A stretch of 64,000 bases of DNA from positions 1 through 64,000 of the IMG/VR virus record IMGVR_UViG_3300029319_000024; one strand, written 5' to 3'. Below, one piece after another: positions 1 to 8,414 of the stretch. The first letter of the stretch is position 1. Each line of letters begins with the position of its first letter. This DNA is from an uncultured virus (IMG/VR IMGVR_UViG_3300029319_000024) (Duplodnaviria > Heunggongvirae > Uroviricota > Caudoviricetes). A program made the position numbers and the translations under genes. The notes under the pieces were generated by a model, which was not told the origin of the DNA, did not search any database, and worked only from the letters and a program-made list of their open reading frames with translations.

Positions 1-339
1 CAGTATCGTATAGACAATATAACAGTTGCTTTACGTATGGTTTCCATAGCTACAGGAGAAGTATTAATTGATGTTTTAGTAAATAAACAAATTTATAGTT
101 ATGGACAATCACAAGATGTTTTTAGGTTTATTGAAGCAGGTACGGAACTTGTAGAAATAGAAACAGGAGATGCAGAAAACGAGCCTACAACTTTAGCTTT
201 ACAAAAAGCTATAGAAGAAGCAGTTTTGCAAATAGTAAAAATAGGTTATAACAAAGGTTTTTGGGAGAAAAAAAATGAAGCAATTAAAATTGATGAGCCT
301 GATTGTGATGCTGACTGCATTGACAATATACGGGGCTGA
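1..339 (+). CDS. csgG: CsgG-family curli secretion channel, C-terminal part (truncated by window start)
   Basis: Frame open from base 1 (QYRIDNITVALRMVSIATGEVL...NEPTTLALQKAIEEAV); nearly identical to the C-terminus of the full copy at 60543-61412. Confidence 0.9.
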   Translation, partial: QYRIDNITVALRMVSIATGEVLIDVLVNKQIYSYGQSQDVFRFIEAGTELVEIETGDAENEPTTLALQKAIEEAVLQIVKIGYNKGFWEKKNEAIKIDEPDCDADCIDNIRG

Positions 340-991
340 TAACGAAATTTATGTTGACCAATCAGGTGCAACAGCAAATATAGATTTAGAACAACTTGGT
401 TCTGGAAATATTATTGGTGGTCTAAATTCTGTAGCAGGAACTCTTACTGCTTTAGATTTAGATGGTATTACTATGACATTAGATATAAACCAAATAGGTG
501 ATACAAACAAATTTCTTGGTGATATATTAGGAGATTCTGTAACAGGCTTTTTTGAATTTGATGGCGATAGTAATACTTTTACTATTCAAGGCGACCCAAC
601 AAATACTTATGGTATTGATAGTTCAAACTATAATGTTGATGTTACAGGTAGTTCTAATACATTTACTTTAGACCATGGCACAAGTGCATTAGCTGCTACA
701 TTAGATTTAGATTGGATTATACAGGGTGAAAGTAATACATTTGACTTTGATATTAATTATGATGGTGGCACTTCTTATGTTGATGTTGATGGTGATAGCA
801 ACACAATAAACTTTACAGGTTCTGGTTATGCTGGTGGTTATTTTTATTTAGACCAAACAGGCAACAGCAGAACATTTAATATTACACAAGCAAGTACCCA
901 AGATAATGACTGGCTTAAAATTCTATCTATTGGCAATAGTGGTACTGTGTGCGTTATTCAAAACGACCAAGGTACAAGCACAAGCTGCTGA
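275..991 (+). CDS. Secreted curlin-like (CsgA/CsgB-type) beta-repeat protein
   Basis: Signal peptide, then repeats such as DQSG..ANIDLEQLGSGN, INQIGDTN, IQGESNTF, LDQTGNSRTFNITQ; directly follows csgG. Confidence 0.75.
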   Translation: MKQLKLMSLIVMLTALTIYGADNEIYVDQSGATANIDLEQLGSGNIIGGLNSVAGTLTALDLDGITMTLDINQIGDTNKFLGDILGDSVTGFFEFDGDSNTFTIQGDPTNTYGIDSSNYNVDVTGSSNTFTLDHGTSALAATLDLDWIIQGESNTFDFDINYDGGTSYVDVDGDSNTINFTGSGYAGGYFYLDQTGNSRTFNITQASTQDNDWLKILSIGNSGTVCVIQNDQGTSTSC

Positions 992-2021
992 TATTGGAGA
1001 TATATCTGAACTAAATGGTTCAGCACAAATTGTAAGAGATAAACCTTACGAAGCTAATTTAAAGTTTGCTATACAAAGCAACGATGAAGCTATAACTAAA
1101 AATGGTCGTATGGCTATTACTTTTTTAGATGATTCAACTGTAAAGCTAACTGAACATTCACAGCTTTTAATAGATGAATATATCTATGACCCTGACCCAA
1201 GTAAAGCAAAGATGGCTCTTACCTTTGGACTTGGTACAGCAAGGTTTATTACTGGCAATTTAAACCGCATAGATAAGCAAAACATATCTTTAAAAACACC
1301 TACAGCTAATATAGCTATTCGTGGAACTGATTTTACGGCTACAGTTGATGAACTAGGGCGTAGTCTTATAATATTGCTGCCAGATGCTTTAGGGCTTTCT
1401 AGTGGCGAAATAGAGGTAGTTACAGCAACTGGTAGTGTTTTATTAAATAAACCATATGAAGCTACTACTGTAAATGTATTTGAAAGTTCGCCTACTAAAC
1501 CTGTAATATTAGATTTAACATTAGATATTATTGATAATATGTTAATTGTTACGCCACCTAAAGAAGAGGATATTGCACAAGAAGAAACGGCAACAACTAA
1601 AACAGTTAATTTATTAGACTTTAATGATTTAGATGTAGATTATTTAGCTGAGGATTTGCTAGAAGATAATAGTTTAGAGTTTACAGAATTAGATATAAAT
1701 TATTTAGATGTAAACTTTCTTGAAGATTTATTAAATGTTTTAGATGCTTTAGCAATAGAAAAAGAAGAAGATCAATTAGCTTTAGCTACAGGTGTAAACA
1801 TTTCTGGTACTTTAATTGGTCAAGACTCAAACACTCAAATAACTACAATAGTAGCAGGACAAGTTATAAGTTTACGTAGAAAAATTAGTGAATCCGTACA
1901 AGTAGATTTAAACTCAGGGAACGGCTATACAGTGATCTTAATCCAAGATGGAGTATCTAATATAGTAAAAATAAATGGCGGAGGAGATTCTGTTATAACC
2001 ATTAATCAAAGTAGCGGATGA
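906..2021 (+). CDS. FecR-domain periplasmic protein with acidic linker
   Basis: Signal peptide; FecR-type motifs (TKNGRMAITFLDDSTVKLTEHS, LKTPTANIAIRGTDF). Confidence 0.85.
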   Translation: MTGLKFYLLAIVVLCALFKTTKVQAQAADIGDISELNGSAQIVRDKPYEANLKFAIQSNDEAITKNGRMAITFLDDSTVKLTEHSQLLIDEYIYDPDPSKAKMALTFGLGTARFITGNLNRIDKQNISLKTPTANIAIRGTDFTATVDELGRSLIILLPDALGLSSGEIEVVTATGSVLLNKPYEATTVNVFESSPTKPVILDLTLDIIDNMLIVTPPKEEDIAQEETATTKTVNLLDFNDLDVDYLAEDLLEDNSLEFTELDINYLDVNFLEDLLNVLDALAIEKEEDQLALATGVNISGTLIGQDSNTQITTIVAGQVISLRRKISESVQVDLNSGNGYTVILIQDGVSNIVKINGGGDSVITINQSSG

Positions 2022-3781
2022 AGAAACTATTATTGCCTATACTTATAATACTAGCACTACCTCTAGTATTCCAAAGCACGCCTACAGAAATATTAAAACT
2101 TAAAGTGTATGACACTTTTATAAAAATACCAGAAGAATCAGGCAATTTTGTCATACTTAATATTACTGAAGAAGATGTAGAACGAGAAGGTGGTTATCCA
2201 TTACCAAGACAAAGATTAGCTGAAATACAAATAGATTTACTTAATAAAGGTGCAGTAGGTATTGGTTGGGTTATATCTTTTCCACAAGCTGACAGAATGG
2301 GTGGTGATGAAGTATTTGCTGCAGCATTAGAATATGCACCGTCTGTAATAGCTATGTTTGAAGACGGCAAAGGTAATTATCCTGCCTCACCTGGAACTGT
2401 TGTGCTTGGCGAAGATAATGGTGGTATAATAAGTTTGGGAGTGAAGGCGAACCATCCTCTCTTGTCAAATAAAACACTTCAAGGGTTAGCCATTGCTCCC
2501 ACAGATGTAGATCAACTTGTAAGAAGAATACCTCTTTTAGTAAAAACACCTAATAATGAATGGATACCTAGTTTTGGAACACAGATATATAAGGCTTTGT
2601 TTAATGTAAAAACATACATTATAAAAACTAATGATAATGGCATATCAGAAATATCAATTAGAGGAATACCACCTGTAAAAACAGATAGCTTGGGCAGAAA
2701 GTGGATAAGTTGGATCAATACACCACAAACGACATTACAAGAAATGGATGTTGCAGGTAAGTTTGTTTTTATAGGCGTTACTGCAAATGGTGTTATGCCA
2801 CAAATAGCAACACCAGTTGGTTTATTAGAGCCACATAAGATTCAAGCTGCACTTGCAGAGTCTATATTGGTGCAAGATAGTCCATATATTCCTGATTGGT
2901 CTTTAGCTGCTGAATTGGTAATGCTTGTCAGTTTTGTAACATTAGTTTGGTTTGCTTTACATTTACTTGGAATTACTTGGGGTATTACTATTGCTACATT
3001 TTTAATGTTTATAACTGGTGGTTTAGGGTATTACTTTATAAGCAAAGGGTTATTAGTAGATGTATCTTGGACGTTAATATCAGAGTTTATTACAGGATCT
3101 GTAGCATTTTATTTAAGATTTAGACAGCAATATAAACTACGTCAACAAATTAAAAAACAGTTTGAACACTACCTTGATCCACGCCAAGTTAAAAAGTTAC
3201 AAGATAATCCAGATTCTTTAGTTTTAGGTGGTGAGCGTAGGTATTGCACCTTTCTTTTTACTGACGTAAGAGGCTTTACTGCTATGTCTGAAAAATTAGA
3301 ACCAGAAGAAGTTACAGAAATAATGAATAAAGCACTTACTATACAAGCAGATGCAGTAAAAGAGTATGACGGTATGGTTGATAAATACATAGGCGATGCA
3401 ATGATGGCCATATTTAATGCACCTATAGATTTACCAGATCATGAAACTGCTGCTGTATTATGTGCAAAAGAGATACAAGATCAAATAAAACAAGCCAATC
3501 TTGGTGTAGAGATAGGTATAGGAGTTAATAGTGGATATGCTGTTGTAGGCAATATGGGAAGTGAAACTAGGTTTGATTATACTGCTATAGGTGATGCAGT
3601 AAACCTTGCTGCTAGGCTTGAAAGTTCTACTAAGGAAGTTGGAGAAGATATTGTTATAGGTTATGATACTATTCATGTAAAAAACTTTAGTGATCAAATT
3701 ATATTGAGAGAGCTAAAAAGCATATATGTTAAAGGTAAAGAAAAACCAATAAATATTTATACAATAGTAGCAGATGGTTAA
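2018..3781 (+). CDS. CHASE2-domain class III adenylate cyclase
   Basis: N-terminal TM, CHASE2-like region (GGYPLPRQRLA, DVDQLVRRIPL, GKFVFIG), 3 TMs, cyclase motifs FTDVRGFT, VDKYIGDAMMAIF, DYTAIGDAVNLAARLES. Confidence 0.95.
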   Translation: MKKLLLPILIILALPLVFQSTPTEILKLKVYDTFIKIPEESGNFVILNITEEDVEREGGYPLPRQRLAEIQIDLLNKGAVGIGWVISFPQADRMGGDEVFAAALEYAPSVIAMFEDGKGNYPASPGTVVLGEDNGGIISLGVKANHPLLSNKTLQGLAIAPTDVDQLVRRIPLLVKTPNNEWIPSFGTQIYKALFNVKTYIIKTNDNGISEISIRGIPPVKTDSLGRKWISWINTPQTTLQEMDVAGKFVFIGVTANGVMPQIATPVGLLEPHKIQAALAESILVQDSPYIPDWSLAAELVMLVSFVTLVWFALHLLGITWGITIATFLMFITGGLGYYFISKGLLVDVSWTLISEFITGSVAFYLRFRQQYKLRQQIKKQFEHYLDPRQVKKLQDNPDSLVLGGERRYCTFLFTDVRGFTAMSEKLEPEEVTEIMNKALTIQADAVKEYDGMVDKYIGDAMMAIFNAPIDLPDHETAAVLCAKEIQDQIKQANLGVEIGIGVNSGYAVVGNMGSETRFDYTAIGDAVNLAARLESSTKEVGEDIVIGYDTIHVKNFSDQIILRELKSIYVKGKEKPINIYTIVADG

Positions 3782-3989
3782 TAAAAAAATGACAGTAAAC
3801 GATGTAGCAGAAAGGCTTACAAAGTTAGAAACAATATCACATGAGCGTTGGAAAACTGCTTTTAACGAGTTTTCTGATATAAAAGAAGAAATTACCTATA
3901 TTAATTCAACTATGAAAGCAGCAACTTTTGGGGTGTTTGGCTTTCTTGGTGCGATTGGTATAGCTGTATTAACGAGTATATTAGTATGA
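3774..3989 (+). CDS. Small coiled-coil protein with C-terminal TM (lysis-associated?)
   Basis: 71 aa with a C-terminal hydrophobic helix; upstream of holin and lysozyme. Confidence 0.5.
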   Translation: MVNKKMTVNDVAERLTKLETISHERWKTAFNEFSDIKEEITYINSTMKAATFGVFGFLGAIGIAVLTSILV

Positions 3990-4465
3990 AAGGATTATTA
4001 AAAAATATAGTTGGAGCTGTAGCTCCAACATTAGGTTCTGCTATGGGAGGCCCTTTAGGTGGAATGGCTATGGGTAAAATAGCTGAAGTGTTAGGCGTAT
4101 CTAACGATCAAAAATCCATACAACAAGCTATGCAAAATGCAACACCAGAGCAAATGTTAGAACTTAAAAAAGCTGAACAAGAGTTTGAAGTGCAAATGAA
4201 AGAACTTGATGTAGATGTATTTAAGTTAGAAGTAGCAGATAAACAAAATGCTAGAGGTATGTTTAGCAAAGACTGGACTGCAAGAATTATAGGTTTATTT
4301 ACCATAGGTGGTTTCTTAGGCTACATATTTTTAGTAACCCTTCAACCACCAGAACAAAACAGCGAAGCATTAATTAATTTAGTGCTTGGTTATCTTGGAG
4401 GATTAGCAAGTGCGATTATTTCGTTCTATTTTGGAGCATCTCACACCAACGATAAAGGAGAGTAA
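3986..4465 (+). CDS. Putative holin (3TM/GTA-holin-like)
   Basis: VAPTLGSAMGGPLGG N-terminus, two C-terminal TMs ending SFYFGAS; adjacent to lysozyme. Confidence 0.65.
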   Translation: MKGLLKNIVGAVAPTLGSAMGGPLGGMAMGKIAEVLGVSNDQKSIQQAMQNATPEQMLELKKAEQEFEVQMKELDVDVFKLEVADKQNARGMFSKDWTARIIGLFTIGGFLGYIFLVTLQPPEQNSEALINLVLGYLGGLASAIISFYFGASHTNDKGE

Positions 4466-4466
4466 T

Positions 4467-4916
4467 ATGAAGATATCACAAGAGGGTTTATCCCTAATTA
4501 AAAAGTTTGAGGGTTGTGAGCTTGAAGCTTACAAATGTGCAGCAGGAGTTTGGACAATAGGCTATGGATCTACCAAAGGTGTAAAAGAGGGTGATACCAT
4601 TACCCAAGAAGAAGCCGATGAATTGTTATTACACGAAATGGAAGAATACGAAGGTTATATAAATGATTTAGTTGAAACTGATTTAAAACAAAATGAATTT
4701 GACGCTATGGTTTCATGGGTATTTAATCTTGGGCCAGCTAATTTAAAAAGTTCAACTTTATTAAAAGTATTAAATACCTCACACCCAGATTGGAATGATG
4801 TACCAGCACAAATAAAAAGATGGAACAAAGCTGGTGGAAAGGTTTTACAAGGTTTGGTAAGAAGAAGAGAGGCTGAGGCTTTATTATTTGAAGGTAAAGA
4901 ATGGCATGAGGTCTAA
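4467..4916 (+). CDS. Endolysin, GH24 phage lysozyme
   Basis: LIKKFEGCELEAYKCAAGVWTIGYG and GLVRRREAEA; likely start ATG 4467 after AGGAG. Confidence 0.95.
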   Translation: MKISQEGLSLIKKFEGCELEAYKCAAGVWTIGYGSTKGVKEGDTITQEEADELLLHEMEEYEGYINDLVETDLKQNEFDAMVSWVFNLGPANLKSSTLLKVLNTSHPDWNDVPAQIKRWNKAGGKVLQGLVRRREAEALLFEGKEWHEV

Positions 4917-4918
4917 AA

Positions 4919-6805
4919 ATGCCTTTAAGTAAATTACAATTTACACCAGGTATCAATAAAGAGATGACTGATCTTATGAATGAAGGTGGTTGGTCAGATG
5001 GTAATTTAGTTAGGTTTAGAAAAGGATTACCAGAAAAAATAGGTGGCTGGGAAAAAGAAACTACTAATTCTTATTTAGGAACAGGCAGAGCACTTTTAGG
5101 TTGGGTTGCTTTAGATTCAACTAAATATTTAGGTCTTGGAACTACATTCAAATATTACATAAAACAAGGACTTAGCTTTGATGATGTTACTCCAATAAGA
5201 TCAACCACAAGTGCAGGTGATGTAACCTTTGCTAAAGTAGAGGATGGTGACGCAACTATTACTGTTACAGATACGGCTCATGGTGCTGTGCAAAACGATT
5301 TTGTAACATTTAGTGGTGCATCTAGTTTGGGTGGTAACATTACTGCTGCCGTATTAAATCAAGAATATCAAATAGCAACCGTAGTAAATGCAAATAGTTA
5401 TACCATAGAAGCTAAAGATACATCTGGTACAACTGTTTTAGCTAACTCATCTGATAGTGGCAACGGAGGAAGTTCAGTTGTAGGAACATATCAAATCAGT
5501 GTAGGACTAGATGTTTATGTAGCATCAACTGGTTGGGGATCAGGCACATGGGGTGCTGGAACATGGGGGTCAAGCACAGCACTAACAGAAACTGGACAAT
5601 TAAGATTGTGGTCACATGATGCTTTTGGAGAAGATTTAATTATTAATCCAAGAGCAGGTAGTATTTATTATTGGGATGAAACTAATGGAACAAGCACTAG
5701 AGCAGTAGAGTTAAGCAGTTTAAGTGGTGCAAATCTTACACCAACTAAAGGTCTACAAGTTATTGTAAGTGATATTGATAGACACGTTATAGTTTTAGGT
5801 GCTGATCCTATTAGTGGTAGTTCAAGAACAGGAACTATAGATCCCATGCTCATAGCTTTTTCAGATCAAGAGAGTGCAACTAATTGGGAGCCAACTGCTA
5901 CCAACACAGCAGGATCGCTAAGACTATCATCTGGATCACAAATAGTAGGTGGTTTAAGATCAAGACAAGAAATACTTATTTGGACTGATACATCTTTATA
6001 TAGTATGCAGTTTGTAGGTGCACCTTTTACTTTTGGTGTAAATCTTATAAATGAAAACGTAGGACTTATATCTCCTAATGCAGCTATAAACGCACCAGAT
6101 AGCGTGTATTGGATGGCAAGAGATGGATTTTATGCTTATTCAGGATCAGTAAAAAGATTGGTATGTAGTGTGCTAAATTACGTGTTAGATGATTTTAATT
6201 CATCACAATCATTTAAAACTATAGCTTTTACAAATAAAGAGTTTAACGAAGTTGGTTGGTTTTATTGTTCATCTTCTTCAACTGAAATAGATAGATATGT
6301 AACTTATAATTATTTAGAAGGTGCTTGGAGTATAGGTAATTTATCCAGAACAGCTTGGTTAGATGAGGGTGTATTTGAAAAACCAAGAGCAACAGGTAAA
6401 GACAATAGCACAGGATATTTATATATTCATGAAAATTCCGATGATGCTGATGGCTTGCCTATGGACAATGTTTATATAGAATCAGGAGATATAGATATAG
6501 ATGACGGAGATAATTTTGGTTTTGTTAGCAGAATTATTCCTGATGTAAAGTTTTTTGGCTCGTCTGCATCTGGTGGCCAAATAAACTTTGTTCTTAAAAC
6601 TCGTAACTTTCCGGGCGATACTTTAACCACTAACTCAACAAACGATGTTACTAGCTCTACCCAACAAAACTTTACACGTGCTAGAGGTAGACAGTTGGTT
6701 CTTAGAGTTCAGTCTGATGATGACGCAGCTATAGGAGTTAGAACAGGTTTTAAATGGAGACTAGGCTCTAGTAGAATAGATGTTAAAAACGATGGTAGAA
6801 GATAG
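4919..6805 (+). CDS. Tail nozzle / packaged-DNA stabilisation-like protein, copy A
   Basis: 628 aa, beta-rich, upstream of internal virion genes; paralog at 55937-57838. Confidence 0.6.
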   Translation: MPLSKLQFTPGINKEMTDLMNEGGWSDGNLVRFRKGLPEKIGGWEKETTNSYLGTGRALLGWVALDSTKYLGLGTTFKYYIKQGLSFDDVTPIRSTTSAGDVTFAKVEDGDATITVTDTAHGAVQNDFVTFSGASSLGGNITAAVLNQEYQIATVVNANSYTIEAKDTSGTTVLANSSDSGNGGSSVVGTYQISVGLDVYVASTGWGSGTWGAGTWGSSTALTETGQLRLWSHDAFGEDLIINPRAGSIYYWDETNGTSTRAVELSSLSGANLTPTKGLQVIVSDIDRHVIVLGADPISGSSRTGTIDPMLIAFSDQESATNWEPTATNTAGSLRLSSGSQIVGGLRSRQEILIWTDTSLYSMQFVGAPFTFGVNLINENVGLISPNAAINAPDSVYWMARDGFYAYSGSVKRLVCSVLNYVLDDFNSSQSFKTIAFTNKEFNEVGWFYCSSSSTEIDRYVTYNYLEGAWSIGNLSRTAWLDEGVFEKPRATGKDNSTGYLYIHENSDDADGLPMDNVYIESGDIDIDDGDNFGFVSRIIPDVKFFGSSASGGQINFVLKTRNFPGDTLTTNSTNDVTSSTQQNFTRARGRQLVLRVQSDDDAAIGVRTGFKWRLGSSRIDVKNDGRR

Positions 6806-7140
6806 TGGCTAAACTTCTTGAAACAAGATTGCCTCAAGCGAATGGTCAAGTTGAACCAAATACTTTTAACAGATTAATTAGAATACTTGAAATAAACTTA
6901 GGTAGTTTTGATCCAAACTCTACACCACAATTTAACGATTCTCAAATATCATCTTTAAATTTTAACGCTGGTGATGTAATATGGAATACATCTATTGATG
7001 TTTTACAGGTTTATACTGGCAATCAATGGATACAGTTACATACTCCAAGCAGTTCACAAGGCTTTGAGATGGCTGCATCAGTAGGATCACTTTCTGTTAA
7101 AACTAATGGAAACATATCCATCAATATAACTGCAAATTAA
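6805..7140 (+). CDS. Tail-associated protein, copy A
   Basis: Coupled to the nozzle gene; paralog at 57838-58164 (KLLET.LP...TFNRL.R.LE). Confidence 0.55.
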   Translation: MAKLLETRLPQANGQVEPNTFNRLIRILEINLGSFDPNSTPQFNDSQISSLNFNAGDVIWNTSIDVLQVYTGNQWIQLHTPSSSQGFEMAASVGSLSVKTNGNISINITAN

Positions 7141-7142
7141 AT

Positions 7143-8414
7143 ATGAAGAAAATATCAGAAGGTAATAAAGGAATACAGGCACTAGCAAAAGATGGTGGTA
7201 CGCTTATGTACTATCAAAACGGTGGAATGCCTTTTAATACAGAAGCCCTTATGAATCTTGGCAACATAATGCCTCAACCTGGGCCAATGTCACCTGGTTC
7301 TTCTATAGGTTCTGCAAACATAAATGTACCAGATAATATACCAGGCAATCCTAGAGGTTTAGAATCAATTTTATTAGGAGATATGATAGGCGAAGATCTA
7401 TATAATGTAATGGATCCAAACTTTAAGTTTGAGCCAGACTTATCAGTAAAATACGATAAAGACAACCCTTATGATATGGATAAATCTGCTTTTGATAATT
7501 ATATGGAAAACACAAGAACAGTAGAAGATGATGCTAGAGATGACTTAGAACAATCAGTAGAGACAGCTAAACAAGAGGCCAAACAAGACAAAAGAAATAG
7601 AATAATGCAAGGCTTAGGTGCTTTAGGAGATATAGAAAGTATGATGGGCGGTACTCCACAAATGACAGAAGATTTTTCTGGAACTAAAGGTGTTATAGGC
7701 GGAACTAAAGCAACAAAAGTTGGTATACAAAGATTTCAAAGAGGTGGCATGTTAGGTTTTGGTGGAAGATTTATGCAAGATGAATTTATTTTTGATGACT
7801 TTGATATTGATGATTACATAAATGATGTTTTGGGTGGTAAAGTAGGCAAAGGTGGAATAGCAAGTTATGTTCCACCAACAGAAGAAGAAATTGCAGAACA
7901 ACAAGCAAAACTTGCATTGGCTAGATTGGCAAGAGGTTACGGAGGTATTGGTGCAATAGGTCGTAGCAGCTATGGTTCACAAACTCCTGGAGCATCTATA
8001 TCTATTGATGCTAGAGACGAAACACCAGATGCTTACAGATTTTATCCTAGTGAGGTATCAAAACTTTATTCACAAATGAAAGGCACGCCTTTTTCACCAT
8101 TAGTAGCACCTCCTAAAGAAGCTACTTATGTAGATGATCTACAGCCAAGAAGAATAACAAGTCAGCTATACGCAGCTGATGGTGAGTTTGTAGATAGAAG
8201 CAAATTAATTACAGGCCCTGGTGGAGAGCGAGGCGACAAAATACCAGCCATGTTAAGTGATGGTGAATTTGTTGTTAATGCTAAAGCAGTTAGAGGTATG
8301 GGTTTAGCAGCAGGTGCTAACCCACAAGATGAATATGAACAACGCCTAGAGGGTGCACGTCAAATGTATGCTCTACAAAAAGAAGGCGAACAAATGATGA
8401 GGAAATACGGATAA
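7143..8414 (+). CDS. Putative internal virion protein
   Basis: C-terminal GPGGERGDKIPAMLSDGEFVVNAKAV motif; xxGG motifs; position among ejection genes. Confidence 0.55.
   Translation: MKKISEGNKGIQALAKDGGTLMYYQNGGMPFNTEALMNLGNIMPQPGPMSPGSSIGSANINVPDNIPGNPRGLESILLGDMIGEDLYNVMDPNFKFEPDLSVKYDKDNPYDMDKSAFDNYMENTRTVEDDARDDLEQSVETAKQEAKQDKRNRIMQGLGALGDIESMMGGTPQMTEDFSGTKGVIGGTKATKVGIQRFQRGGMLGFGGRFMQDEFIFDDFDIDDYINDVLGGKVGKGGIASYVPPTEEEIAEQQAKLALARLARGYGGIGAIGRSSYGSQTPGASISIDARDETPDAYRFYPSEVSKLYSQMKGTPFSPLVAPPKEATYVDDLQPRRITSQLYAADGEFVDRSKLITGPGGERGDKIPAMLSDGEFVVNAKAVRGMGLAAGANPQDEYEQRLEGARQMYALQKEGEQMMRKYG

Larger units (their letters stand above)
1..2933. repeat. Imperfect long direct repeat, copy 1 (copy 2 at 61074-64000, offset 61073)
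   Basis: Base 1 cagtatcgtatagacaat matches 61074; same gene order; many substitutions, more in the cyclase gene. Confidence 0.95.

Noticed and set aside
1..3781. Bacterial chromosomal flank of a prophage
   Set aside because: The module is translationally coupled to phage genes on both sides, and I saw no integrase, att site or housekeeping genes.
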